The notes beneath the pieces are model-generated. The model had not been told where the DNA came from. It made no database searches and worked only from the letters and a program-made list of their open reading frames with translations. A stretch of DNA of 64,000 nucleotides, taken from assembly GCA_964387845.1 (NCBI GenBank), contig CAYLXA010000002.1, forward strand, positions 64,001 through 128,000, written 5' to 3'. Within the stretch, counting starts at the first letter, position 1, and every line of letters starts with the position of its first letter. Below are positions 28,853 to 38,564 of this stretch, piece by piece. The stretch is from an uncultured bacterium. GTDB lineage: Bacteria; Omnitrophota; Omnitrophia; Omnitrophales; Abzuiibacteriaceae. Made by a program: the position numbers and the translations under genes.

Positions 28853-30499
28853 ATGAAGTCAAAAACAGACAATCAAGACAAATGGTTTGGATTGGCGATT
28901 CTTATTGCTTTAGCGGTCGCTTTTTTATATCAATCCACTTATTCTTCGGCACCGACCAGCGACGCTCCTTCATGGATACGCGCTGCTAAGAACATGGACT
29001 GGCGGTTGATTTTTGTTCCAACACACTTATTGCCTCTGGGGCTTATTATGCTGGTGCAAAATTTATTTGGAATTGCATCGGTTTTGCCTGTAATCAATTT
29101 CGCAAATACCGTTCTCTCATTTTTAATTATTTTAAATGTCTATCGCTTGACTAAATTTGCCAATCTAAATCCCTTTACAAGGCTGACGGCCGCCGGCTTA
29201 TTCGGCGTATCATACGGGCTGTGGTATTTTGCAAACGGGGAATTGCACCATTTTGGAATTCTCTTCGTCATTTTAATTTTTATTAAACTCATTCAGTATC
29301 GCGAACAGCCCTCTATCCGCGGCGTAATCTTTATCGCCGTTTTGCATGTGCTGGCTGTTTTATTGCATCAAGAGCATGCCTTCATGTTGTTTCCGATCGC
29401 CTGGATGATGCTGTATGGACGTTTCAACAAAAACTCAATAAAAAATTTTACCGCCTATTTTTTGAGCGCATTGCTTTTTGGAGGATTCTCGGTTTTTTTG
29501 ATAGGCGTATTTGTCAACCGCACCATGCATCCCGCCGAACTTTTTCGATGGTTTTTTTATATCTATGACACCGGGCTGTCGAAGGAAGGCTACATGTTAT
29601 TGCGCTGGCACGACTGGTTTCTTCTGCGTGTTGTAAAAGGGATGCTGATGGCAATCAGTTACGGATCGCAAATCGTGATTGATATCCTGAGATATCCGGA
29701 CATTCGCATGATTCCGAGCGTGGTTTTCTATACGCTTTTTTCGCTAGTCGCATTTGCTGGAATAGGGTTTGGCGTATTTCGGTTTTGCGCTCATTTCGTT
29801 TCGCTTAAATCATCCGAGTCTAAAGCCGTGTTAAGTGGTTTGATCGTTTGGTTTGCTTGTTACAAATTATTTTTTAACCTGACGTATATGCCAGAATCTC
29901 CCGAATACCACATCAGCGCCAATATTCCCTTGCTTATTTTTGTGTCAATCGGCTTAGCGTCAGTTTCATCGCGATTTGCTCGAATCGGGGCGTCGGTTAC
30001 TTTGATCGGTTTAATATTTTCAGTCAACCTATGGGCTTCGATTTTGCCGTGGAGATCGCATGGTATCGAGATGGCAAAGTTTGATCGGTACGTGACCGCC
30101 CATTTCAAAGACACTGATTTCTTTGTTTCCATGGAATCTTCTTTGGATCCGGTCATTAGCCGTTACTGGAAACCTTATTCGTTGAAAGCAATGTTTATGC
30201 TGAATCCTCCCGAAAAAGTTTTTGAGGTCGTGACCGGTGAAATTGACGGCCAGCTTTCACAGGGCAAACGCGTTTTTTTATACAACCCTATTCCGAGCAC
30301 TTATGCGCTTAAGTCGATCAATTTTTATAATCCGGGCAATCGTCTCACTGAAGATTTTTTTGAAGATTTTTTTGAACGTATTAAATTGCGATATGCACTG
30401 ATCCCCATTTTTGAATACAGCGAAACGGCAAACTCTCGAGATTATTTGCTTAACACAGTCAGTAAAAAAGATAACTTTTGGGAAGTAAAGCGAAAATGA
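28853..30499 (+). CDS. polytopic inner-membrane protein, probable GT-C-type glycosyltransferase partner of the upstream ArnC-like GT2 (O-antigen polymerase not excluded)
   Basis: 548 aa with about 12 or more hydrophobic segments. Starts 4 nt after the ArnC-like gene, an ArnC/ArnT-style pairing. A 12-bp tandem duplication near the 3' end encodes 'EDFFEDFF'. Confidence 0.4.
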   Translation: MKSKTDNQDKWFGLAILIALAVAFLYQSTYSSAPTSDAPSWIRAAKNMDWRLIFVPTHLLPLGLIMLVQNLFGIASVLPVINFANTVLSFLIILNVYRLTKFANLNPFTRLTAAGLFGVSYGLWYFANGELHHFGILFVILIFIKLIQYREQPSIRGVIFIAVLHVLAVLLHQEHAFMLFPIAWMMLYGRFNKNSIKNFTAYFLSALLFGGFSVFLIGVFVNRTMHPAELFRWFFYIYDTGLSKEGYMLLRWHDWFLLRVVKGMLMAISYGSQIVIDILRYPDIRMIPSVVFYTLFSLVAFAGIGFGVFRFCAHFVSLKSSESKAVLSGLIVWFACYKLFFNLTYMPESPEYHISANIPLLIFVSIGLASVSSRFARIGASVTLIGLIFSVNLWASILPWRSHGIEMAKFDRYVTAHFKDTDFFVSMESSLDPVISRYWKPYSLKAMFMLNPPEKVFEVVTGEIDGQLSQGKRVFLYNPIPSTYALKSINFYNPGNRLTEDFFEDFFERIKLRYALIPIFEYSETANSRDYLLNTVSKKDNFWEVKRK

Positions 30500-31626
30500 T
30501 CCTCGGCATTCTTCCGTCTTTAGGAGGCAGCATTGAATCGCAAAAAAAAGATCAACGGGAAGGGCTTTTTCTCGGGTACTACATACCAAAATACCTTGAG
30601 CAATTCAAAAAAGTTCATTATTTTTCGTACGCAGATACAGAAACCAAAGCCCTGCCGAATGTTGCCATCGTAGCGAATCAGCTGAGGTGGCATCGCTATT
30701 TGTACGCCTTTTTGATGCCGCTTCTTCATCGAGATGCGATATGCGCGTGCGGCATTCTGCGTGTTATGCATCTGAACGGAACAGTTCCTGCAATTATTGC
30801 GAAATGGTTTTATCGAATTCCTTTTGTCACAACTTATGGGTACGATTATGTAAAATTTGCCAAATTAGAAGGACACTGGCTAAAGGCAAAACTCCTCAAA
30901 CTATTTATTCCATTTGCGCTGAAGTGCGCAAATGGTGTTATCGTAACAACCCCCGCACTTCAACTCGAAGTTGAAAGCTATATAGGACGCTCTGACAAGA
31001 TCCAACTGATCCCAAATGCTGTTGATATCAACAGGTTTTCTCCTGCGCATACCGGCAACCCCTCCAATCGAGAGCCATTTCGCTTTCTATTCATCGGACG
31101 TTTTGAAAGACAGAAAAACATCGATTTTCTTTTCGATGTGATTGATGAATTAAAGGAGCAAAAACCAATCATTCTCAACATGATCGGAACCGGGTCGCTG
31201 TTGGAGCAATTTAAGCAAAAGGCAAAACAGAGAAAATTACCCATTCAATTTTCCGGCAGTGTGGCATATGAGTCAATTCCGCAGCGCCACCGCGATTCTG
31301 ATTGCTATATTTCAACCTCGCTTGCGGAAGGGCACCCCAAAGCCTTGATCGAAGCTATGAGTTCCGGCCTTTTCTGTGTGGTTTCCGATTGCCCGGGTCA
31401 CAAGGATTTGATTCAGGAAGGCCGGAATGGCTTATTGCTTGGAATGGATCACGTGTCGCATTGGGTTCGAGCGCTGGTTGATCTAATAGAGGATCCTCGG
31501 AGGCGCCAGGCCTTGTCTGAACAAGCGCGCCAGTCTGTTGTTGAGAAATTTTCGATTCACAATACCCTGACTCAAGAAACACTGTTTTTAACTCGAACGC
31601 AGGCCCTGCATGGAAAAACAAGTTAA
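30496..31626 (+). CDS. glycosyltransferase family 4
   Basis: 'TSLAEGHPKALIEAMSSGLFCVVSD'. ATG 30496 overlaps the upstream stop (ATGA); the ORF track starts at 30478. Confidence 0.75.
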   Translation: MILGILPSLGGSIESQKKDQREGLFLGYYIPKYLEQFKKVHYFSYADTETKALPNVAIVANQLRWHRYLYAFLMPLLHRDAICACGILRVMHLNGTVPAIIAKWFYRIPFVTTYGYDYVKFAKLEGHWLKAKLLKLFIPFALKCANGVIVTTPALQLEVESYIGRSDKIQLIPNAVDINRFSPAHTGNPSNREPFRFLFIGRFERQKNIDFLFDVIDELKEQKPIILNMIGTGSLLEQFKQKAKQRKLPIQFSGSVAYESIPQRHRDSDCYISTSLAEGHPKALIEAMSSGLFCVVSDCPGHKDLIQEGRNGLLLGMDHVSHWVRALVDLIEDPRRRQALSEQARQSVVEKFSIHNTLTQETLFLTRTQALHGKTS

Positions 31627-32989
31627 TCATTTCTCAAATCGAGATGCGCTCATTATTAAAATTGCAACCATATTTGCGTTTGCCTGCATCATTGCGGGCT
31701 TTGTGCTGAACGAATGGGTTCTGGTAAGGCTGCTTAGTTCGGATGGAGCGCTGGAAGTTGGGACTAAATATCTGATTCGTGCATTTGATTTTTTTGCCAT
31801 CTGCCTTGGGATTTGGCTTTTGCGCAACAGGCACAATATGCAGCTCCATTTAAATTTGATTACATTTTTAGTCACTTTGTCTGTCATGATGCTGTTGGTT
31901 GAGGTTGGATTGCGAACAGAAAAGATCGTGAGAGCTCATAAGCAAGCAAACGAACTTCAAGCACATCCGGGGCCTTTTCAAGAAAATCCGAGCGGAGCTG
32001 GCTCTTACCGGATCCGTCCCAATTTATCCATGGTCCTTGGAGGAGGGGAAACTGTCCAAACCAATTCTTTTGGAATGAGATGGCGCGAGGTTTCTCCGGA
32101 TAATCCTCAAAAAAAGCAAAGAATCGCATTTGTGGGCGATTCTTTTACTTTTGGAATGGCGGCCTCAAGTGTTGAAAAAACTTTTGTAGGCGTATTTGAT
32201 TCGCTTATCGACCAATCGCGCTATGAAGTTTTGAATTTCGGTGTTCCCGGCTATGGTTTTCCGGATATGGAACTTGTGCTGCATGAAAAAGTGCTCCAAT
32301 TCAAACCCCGCTACGTCATTTTGATGTCGTACAACGGGAATGACTTCTCGGACACATTTTTCGGGCTGAATCGCTTCAAGATTAAAAACGGCTACCTGGG
32401 CCAGGGCCTTATTCAGGAGTGTGTGGATAAATTGCCAAAGCAGTACCGCACGCCGCCGCCGCAACAGTCTTTTCTGGAACGCATTGAGCTCCATAATCGC
32501 ATCGCGGGATTGATGGCGAAGGTTCACGAGCGATTTTTTTGGAATGCGCCGCCTCGCATTGATTTTTGGATTGATGATAATTTTATGGGGAGCAATGTTT
32601 TTTGGAGCCGGACCGATTACCCGCCGGTGGCGGTTGAGTCTAAAGACTTATCGTTGAAAACATTGGAGCGCATCAAAGCTTTTTGTGACAAGAATCAAAT
32701 CGAATTAATCATCATGACTATTCCTTTTAAGGAGCAGATTTATGCAATGTCCGAAAAGGGAGAGGGTTATGACATTCAATACCCGCAAAAATATATCGCA
32801 GATTTCGCAGACGGCCGAGAAATTCCTTTTTTTGACCTGCTCCCGCTCTTAAGGGCTGAACCGTTGGTTAAATCTAAAAATATATTTTCACCGGAAAGCC
32901 ACTTTAGCGATGAAGGCTACGAGTTGGTCGGCAAAATTATATTTGATCTTTTTCAAAGTGAAGTTTTGCGCAAACATGCAGACAACTGA
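31610..32989 (+). CDS. membrane-anchored SGNH/GDSL hydrolase family protein
   Basis: N-terminal TM helices, then block I 'VGDSFTFG', block III 'YNGNDF' and a C-terminal 'SPESHFSDEGY' block V-like region. Confidence 0.65.
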   Translation: MEKQVNHFSNRDALIIKIATIFAFACIIAGFVLNEWVLVRLLSSDGALEVGTKYLIRAFDFFAICLGIWLLRNRHNMQLHLNLITFLVTLSVMMLLVEVGLRTEKIVRAHKQANELQAHPGPFQENPSGAGSYRIRPNLSMVLGGGETVQTNSFGMRWREVSPDNPQKKQRIAFVGDSFTFGMAASSVEKTFVGVFDSLIDQSRYEVLNFGVPGYGFPDMELVLHEKVLQFKPRYVILMSYNGNDFSDTFFGLNRFKIKNGYLGQGLIQECVDKLPKQYRTPPPQQSFLERIELHNRIAGLMAKVHERFFWNAPPRIDFWIDDNFMGSNVFWSRTDYPPVAVESKDLSLKTLERIKAFCDKNQIELIIMTIPFKEQIYAMSEKGEGYDIQYPQKYIADFADGREIPFFDLLPLLRAEPLVKSKNIFSPESHFSDEGYELVGKIIFDLFQSEVLRKHADN

Positions 32990-34272
32990 TTTTAAAAGCA
33001 AGCTTCTTCTGTGGATTTTGTTACTACCGGCTTTGCTGCACGGCGTTCTAGCTGCCTATGCTGCTATCGTGAATGGTTACATGCCTTTCGGCCGATTTGA
33101 CTGCGTCATATACCTTCTTATTTTTGTGTATCTAACGGCCATTCTAATGTTGAGAAAAGACTTTGCGAAATTAACCAACCTCGCGTTGTTGATTTATTCC
33201 ATTTTAATTTCTATTTTAATTTTTGAGGCTGTGATCCGATTCGTTAAAAAAAGTGATTATTTACCGTGGGAGCCCATGCGCCGGGTGAGCGATGCGGCAC
33301 AGGGCGTTATGCCTGGCATCGAAGGTAAAATAGAGTTTTCGGTTAATCGGTATGGTGTCCGAGGCAGGGAGACAAGCTTGGATGAAGAAATTCGAATTTT
33401 GGTCATCGGCGGGAGTACGGCTGAATGTCTCTACGTGACCGATCATGCGAGTTGGCCATGGCAATTGGAAGAAAAATTAGCCCGCCGGACTGGCAAAAGT
33501 GTCTTTGTTGGAAACTCCGGAAAAGCAGGAGCTTTTACGGTTGATCATTTGCATCTCTTAAAAAATTATCATCATATCAATCAGTTCAAAACTATTTTAG
33601 TATTAAGTGGCGTCAATGATCTGGGCGCTTTTTTGAGAGGAACTTACGAGGAAAGAAAGCGCCAGGCAGCTGCCTCGGATTTTGTGCCGATTTATTATCA
33701 ACATCTTCGGCTATACAAAATTCTTAAGCGTGCACTTCCGTTAGATTTGAACAACCCCAATATCGCCTATCAGGATCCGGAAGGGTTGTGGTACGAAGAG
33801 GAAAGAAGAATTCGTAAAGCAGCAACCAAGCGAACATCGATTCCTAATGGATTTGAAGACGCCTTGACTGAGTATGGAATTAACTTAAGGGAAATGGTAA
33901 CGATCGCCAAAGCCAGGGGTCAGCAAATTATTTTTCTGACACAGCCTAGCATGTGGCAAGCAAGCATGGACCCCCTATTTAGAAAGTTTATTATGGGAGC
34001 ATACTTCAGACTCTAAAGCATACGATGCTAAAACCTTGGCGCAAATGATGGATGCTTACAATCAAGTCGTGCTGGAGATTTGTAAAACGGAAAACGTGCC
34101 ATGTATCGATATCGCTTCAAAGCTTCCAAAAGACACTCGAGTTTTTTATGATGATATTCATTTCAATATTTCAGGCTGTGCGATGGTTGCCGATTTGGTT
34201 GTCGCAGGCCTTATGAATCACTACGAAAAGCATCCGGAAATCTTTGAATCGCGCATGCCGATTAATCGATAA
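32976..34272 (+). pseudogene. second membrane-anchored SGNH hydrolase, a paralogue of the upstream gene, interrupted by a frameshift near 34000-34010 (or a sequencing error)
   Basis: ORF 32910-34016 carries block I 'ILVIGGSTAE' and block III 'SGVNDLG'. Block V 'YDDIHFNISGC' (DxxH) lies in the next ORF, 34036-34272, in the +1 frame. In that +1 frame the sequence is open back to 33940 and reads '…SDSKAYDAKTLAQMMDAYNQ…'. Confidence 0.45.
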
Positions 34273-34291
34273 GGGGATTTAAGAGCAGATA

Positions 34292-35884
34292 ATGAGCAAC
34301 GAATCGAGCATTGATTTATTTGAATTTTATTTGCAGCGGTTTTTTATGATCGCGTATGCTCTTTTTATTTGCGTTCATTTTTATGTCATTGCTGCAAATC
34401 AATTCATAGGATCATCGGATTCCGCGATTTACGCATCAACCTTACGGAATTGGGTAGAGGGAAGGGGTTTTACGGTCGATTTTATCTCCCATTTTTTTAG
34501 AGCGTATCCTCAAATTAATCACGCGCAAGATCAATACCCCGTGTTTCCCGTTATTTTGTCCGCTCCGTTTTATATCTTGTTTGGAAAATCTGTTTTTGGA
34601 GCAAAGATTTTAAATCTGTTGTTCTACCACGGTATTTTATGGATTGGTTATTGGTTTTGGCTTAAGTGGTTTAACAAAAAAGTTGCGATTCTCTCGGCTT
34701 TGATCTACATGACCTGCGTCCCGGCTTGGCAATTATCGATTTACTGCATGGCTGATTTGGGGTCCTGCTTCTTCATTTTTTTATTCATTGCAACGCTCGT
34801 GAAATTGCGTGTTATGGAAGGTTTGCAGCGCTCTGATTTATTGACGCTTATTCTGTGCGGGCTGTTCGGTGGAATGGTTGTTTTATATAAAACAGTGAAC
34901 CATATCGTCTTGTTTGCACTCCTATCATTCGTTCTTTTCCAGCCTCACGGGAAACTGTCGGAACGATTTCGCGCAGTGTTTGCAATCGGCTTGATCGCAT
35001 TGTTGATCAACCTCCCGGATTACATTCGGAACTGGCAGCTTTTTGGCTCTCCAATTTTTTCTTACGCAAGCTCTATTGCAGTTGCTGAGAAAATGGATCC
35101 CGGGCCCAACGGCGCCTATCATATTTACTTTGATAAACCTTTATCGTTTCTGACCTTGATAACCGAATTCGGTTGGGCGCACCTCATAAAACTAACCTTG
35201 TATAATTTTGAACAGTTTTTTCTTGGTTTATTTATCAAAGGCAATTTATTGCATCCGCTGGTAATGATTGCAGGTATTTGGGGAATTGCGGCAGGGTGTT
35301 TGCGGGCGCGGCTCCGATGGCTGCTTGGGTGGTGGTTTTTTGTATTTGCGGTATTGATGTGTTTTGTGCAGAGTTATCAAGTTCGTTATTACGTTGCTTT
35401 TGCACCTTTTCTAGCCGGTGGCAGTGCTTATTTGATAGTTGAGCGAGTTCTGCCGGTATTTAAAAATATACGAGGCAAGTTGCTAGTGGTTGGAATTATC
35501 GGTATAATTTCTTCATTTTCATTAGTCTTGGGGATGCTTCCCGAGGTCTTTGGCGAAAAAAAGGCCGGGTTTCTGCGTTTGGCGAGCTGGATTGCGGCCA
35601 ACACTCCTCCGGAGGCAGTCTTGATTACAAGAAGCCCTTGGGAGGTTGGCTTTCACACAAAGCGCGGAACAGTGATTACCCCAAAAGGGAGTAAGAGAGA
35701 ATTTGATCAAATAATAGAAAGATATGGCGCTTCTTATTTTGTCATTGATGGGTACCGGGAGACTTATCATCAGATTCAAGATTTAAGACCGCTTTATTCC
35801 GGAGTTGAAATGCCTGGTTTTCAGAAAGTATTTGAGCAAAAGTGGCGTTCAAAGGAGGCCTATGTTTATAAAATCATCCATTAA
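34292..35884 (+). CDS. polytopic membrane protein, GT-C-like (PMT_2/ArnT-like family) candidate
   Basis: 530 aa. Many TM segments, a periplasmic-loop-sized region after TM1 and a ~90-aa soluble C-terminal domain. No catalytic motif is confidently identified. Confidence 0.4.
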   Translation: MSNESSIDLFEFYLQRFFMIAYALFICVHFYVIAANQFIGSSDSAIYASTLRNWVEGRGFTVDFISHFFRAYPQINHAQDQYPVFPVILSAPFYILFGKSVFGAKILNLLFYHGILWIGYWFWLKWFNKKVAILSALIYMTCVPAWQLSIYCMADLGSCFFIFLFIATLVKLRVMEGLQRSDLLTLILCGLFGGMVVLYKTVNHIVLFALLSFVLFQPHGKLSERFRAVFAIGLIALLINLPDYIRNWQLFGSPIFSYASSIAVAEKMDPGPNGAYHIYFDKPLSFLTLITEFGWAHLIKLTLYNFEQFFLGLFIKGNLLHPLVMIAGIWGIAAGCLRARLRWLLGWWFFVFAVLMCFVQSYQVRYYVAFAPFLAGGSAYLIVERVLPVFKNIRGKLLVVGIIGIISSFSLVLGMLPEVFGEKKAGFLRLASWIAANTPPEAVLITRSPWEVGFHTKRGTVITPKGSKREFDQIIERYGASYFVIDGYRETYHQIQDLRPLYSGVEMPGFQKVFEQKWRSKEAYVYKIIH

Positions 35885-35905
35885 ATTAATCGGCAGGAGC
35901 TCGAA

Positions 35906-36589
35906 ATGAACTGGATGCATAGAATTATCCGCGGCATTGGTTTGCGTTTGCAGAATATTTTTATACTTCGAGATGCCAAGAGCGAAATTAATAAAAAGCA
36001 GTATTTAAAAGGCGGGGAGTATGACGCCTACATTCAGAATCAATTGACTCACACGATTGGTCTCCGAACCAAGGACGCGGCGTTCCGATATAATAAATTT
36101 ATTACAACATTTTTAGAAAAAGTACCCGGCGTTGATCGTTCGAGCAAAGTCCTGTGCGTCGGTTGCCGTAACGTGCATGAACTTGACGCTTTTAGAGACG
36201 CAGGGTTTAAAAATATAGTCGGGGTTGATTTATTTTCGACCAATCCTCAAATTTTAGTCATGGATATGCATGATTTGAAATTTGATAATGATTCTTTTGA
36301 TATTTTATACAGCGCGGCAACCTTTGAAAAAGCGTATGACCCTCAAAGAGTTGCGAATGAGTTTTTAAGAGTCGTCAAATCTTCCGGTTATATTATTTTG
36401 GAAGTGGGCGCGCACTACAAAACAGGCGAAGTAGATCGCCATGATTTCGAAAATCTCCCAAATCTTTACCAGTTTTTTAAATCGTCAATGGGCTCAATAT
36501 TTTACGAAGCAGACACGGAGGATAGTTTGGTGACTATTTTCCAAGTTCAAAAATCAACCGCAAAAAGTTTTAGCGACACCCACCCATAA
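35906..36589 (+). CDS. class I SAM-dependent methyltransferase
   Basis: 'VLCVGCRNVHELDAF…GVDL' motif I/II, and 'FDILYSAATFE…VVKSSGYIILEV'. Confidence 0.7.
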   Translation: MNWMHRIIRGIGLRLQNIFILRDAKSEINKKQYLKGGEYDAYIQNQLTHTIGLRTKDAAFRYNKFITTFLEKVPGVDRSSKVLCVGCRNVHELDAFRDAGFKNIVGVDLFSTNPQILVMDMHDLKFDNDSFDILYSAATFEKAYDPQRVANEFLRVVKSSGYIILEVGAHYKTGEVDRHDFENLPNLYQFFKSSMGSIFYEADTEDSLVTIFQVQKSTAKSFSDTHP

Positions 36590-36607
36590 GCACGTCAAAT
36601 AGTTGAC

Positions 36608-38560
36608 ATGAATACACTTTTAATTCTTGATGATTTGGCGGAGCTTCTATCATCTAAAAATAAAACCATACAAAAGCTGCTTTCGGCGTACTTGCAGCAT
36701 TTGGCGCGTTCAGCCGATGGCGCGGCTGAGGAGTTGTTGCGTGACGGTGATACGGTTTTTGCGGCAGGTCCGCAGGAGGTTTTAAGCCGTGTCACAGGAC
36801 CTTGCGAAAAGCTGGATTACGGAATCTGGTTCGATACAATCCCGTTTGCGCGCGGCGGGGAGATTGCAGGAAAGATAGTGGAGCAGATTCGGGTTTCCGA
36901 AGAGCTTAAGTCGATCTGCCCGTTTCTGTATCGGAACACGATTTCAATTCCAAAAATCGCCGCGATGCGGCTGATCATTACATTCTGCTACCACGCGGTC
37001 AATAATTATCTTTTACTTGAAAGCATCATTCGAAAAAAGCAAATTCAGAAAATCGTGGTTTTGGGGTCTGGTGCTGAAATTGAAATTTTAGGAAAAGAAT
37101 TGTCAAAGAAGCATCGCTTACAGTTTCAAGTCATGCGCCCTCATGATGTAATTTTAAAATTAAAAGTTAGGTTTGCTGATTATCTTTTTTATCGAGACAG
37201 AAAACTTCATGCCCTTCAATCGTTTCAAAACTGCGACAGCTTGCCTAAGCAAGAAATCAAGAAGAGGAACCATAAAAAATTGATCGCCATGCTTCCGGCG
37301 CATTCCCTTCATTTTAAAATCATGGACTCGCTCATGGGCGCGCTTCGCCAATCGCGCAATTATGAGCCATGCGTGCTGCTTCAAGATGCTTTTGAGCCGT
37401 ATCAAGGGGCATTGAAAAATTCGGGAATAGCATTCCGATTTCTTCATGATTTTTCGAGCAGGGAACTTATGGGAAAATTTCAAAATTATTTTAAAAATCT
37501 CAAATCTGCTTGGAAGAAATTAAGAAATTCGGATACATTTAAATCTGCGTTTGACTGCGATGGGCTCAATTGGTTCGATATTCTGAGAGTCGAAATGGAG
37601 TGGTTTTTTAAATTCAGCTATGCTGAAACGCTGGTCTTGCAGGAGCGCTTACGAAAAGCGATGGCAGATGTGCCGATAGATTCCGTTTTTACTTTTAGCG
37701 ATTCACGGTTTTTTGAAGCGGGAGGTGCGGCAATTGCACGGGAGATGAAAAAGCCCTCGTTTTTATATTCTCCTAATTTTTTATACGATACAGACGGTAT
37801 TAACGACTACGATACGGCGGAATTTGTTTTGACCGTGGGCAATCAAATGAAAGATTATATTGCGGCGCGCGGCAAGGTGAATCCGAGTCAAATTTTCACC
37901 GTTGGCGATATCCGTTTTGACGGAAGCGAAAAATGGCGAAGCAGCGATCAGGCCGAGAAAACTCGTGTACAGCTTCAAATTCCATCGGACAAAAAGGTAT
38001 TTATTCTAACCTCGTTTTACACTTGCTTTGGCTATAATGCATACGACAAGAAACGCTTCTTTGAAATGATTCGAGATGCCGCCAAAGCCAATCCGGACGT
38101 TGCGATTGTGATCAAGGCACATCCGAACGAGAGCGAAGAAGTTCTGCGGCAATTTGTTAAAAGTTTGGGCATGAGTGATTTTCCGTTAACAAAAACAATG
38201 CCGCTTTATTCGCTGTTTGGAATATCCAGCGGGCTTATTTCGTTGACGTCTCTTGCGGCAGTCGAAGCCATGGCATTGGATTTACCGGTTATCATTGCGA
38301 CGCTGCCGGATCGAAATTACGATTACTATATCCCATTTCGCCAATCCGATTCGGCAGCGTATGCTGCAAGCGCCGAAGAGCTCTCCTTGATTTTTAGAAA
38401 ATTAATTGATGAATCGAACTACAAAAAAAATTTGTTGGAACGGCATCGACAATTTGTTTCGCGTTATGTGGACCGAGGCGGGCAGAGCGCCGGCCAACGG
38501 GTTATTCAGGTTCTAGATAAAATTGTGAATTCCGAACGTGAGAATTTGGGGCAGCTCTAA
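36608..38560 (+). CDS. two-domain protein: N-terminal domain of unknown function plus a C-terminal GT-B-like 'HP-motif' transferase domain (KpsS/TagF/sialyltransferase-like). Candidate nonulosonic acid transferase.
   Basis: The C-terminal ~250 aa contain '…KKVFILTSFYTCFG…' and 'VAIVIKAHPNESEE', followed by 'LISLTSLAAVEAMALDLPVI'. A K-x-HP motif of this kind is shared by PF05159/TagF/GT38/GT52 enzymes. The gene ends 5 nt before the CMP-NulO synthetase gene. Confidence 0.45.
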   Translation: MNTLLILDDLAELLSSKNKTIQKLLSAYLQHLARSADGAAEELLRDGDTVFAAGPQEVLSRVTGPCEKLDYGIWFDTIPFARGGEIAGKIVEQIRVSEELKSICPFLYRNTISIPKIAAMRLIITFCYHAVNNYLLLESIIRKKQIQKIVVLGSGAEIEILGKELSKKHRLQFQVMRPHDVILKLKVRFADYLFYRDRKLHALQSFQNCDSLPKQEIKKRNHKKLIAMLPAHSLHFKIMDSLMGALRQSRNYEPCVLLQDAFEPYQGALKNSGIAFRFLHDFSSRELMGKFQNYFKNLKSAWKKLRNSDTFKSAFDCDGLNWFDILRVEMEWFFKFSYAETLVLQERLRKAMADVPIDSVFTFSDSRFFEAGGAAIAREMKKPSFLYSPNFLYDTDGINDYDTAEFVLTVGNQMKDYIAARGKVNPSQIFTVGDIRFDGSEKWRSSDQAEKTRVQLQIPSDKKVFILTSFYTCFGYNAYDKKRFFEMIRDAAKANPDVAIVIKAHPNESEEVLRQFVKSLGMSDFPLTKTMPLYSLFGISSGLISLTSLAAVEAMALDLPVIIATLPDRNYDYYIPFRQSDSAAYAASAEELSLIFRKLIDESNYKKNLLERHRQFVSRYVDRGGQSAGQRVIQVLDKIVNSERENLGQL

Positions 38561-38564
38561 TCAC

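Noticed and set aside
33937-34040. Programmed ribosomal frameshift in the second SGNH gene.
   Set aside because: There is no slippery heptamer or downstream structure near the frame junction, and the local sequence is not homopolymeric. A mutational or assembly indel is more likely.
28853-35884. STT3/PglB-type N-oligosaccharyltransferase among the large membrane proteins.
   Set aside because: Neither polytopic protein contains a WWDYG motif or an ~700-aa STT3-like architecture, and both are about 530-550 aa. An N-glycosylation (pgl-type) system is therefore not supported.
36608-38560. TagF-like CDP-glycerol glycerophosphotransferase, which would indicate teichoic-acid-like polymer synthesis.
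   Set aside because: The window contains no tagD/tarI-like cytidylyltransferase for glycerol or ribitol phosphate, and no TagGH transporter. The gene is instead fused in an operon with a CMP-NulO synthetase. I kept the TagF-like interpretation only as the alternative in the finding.
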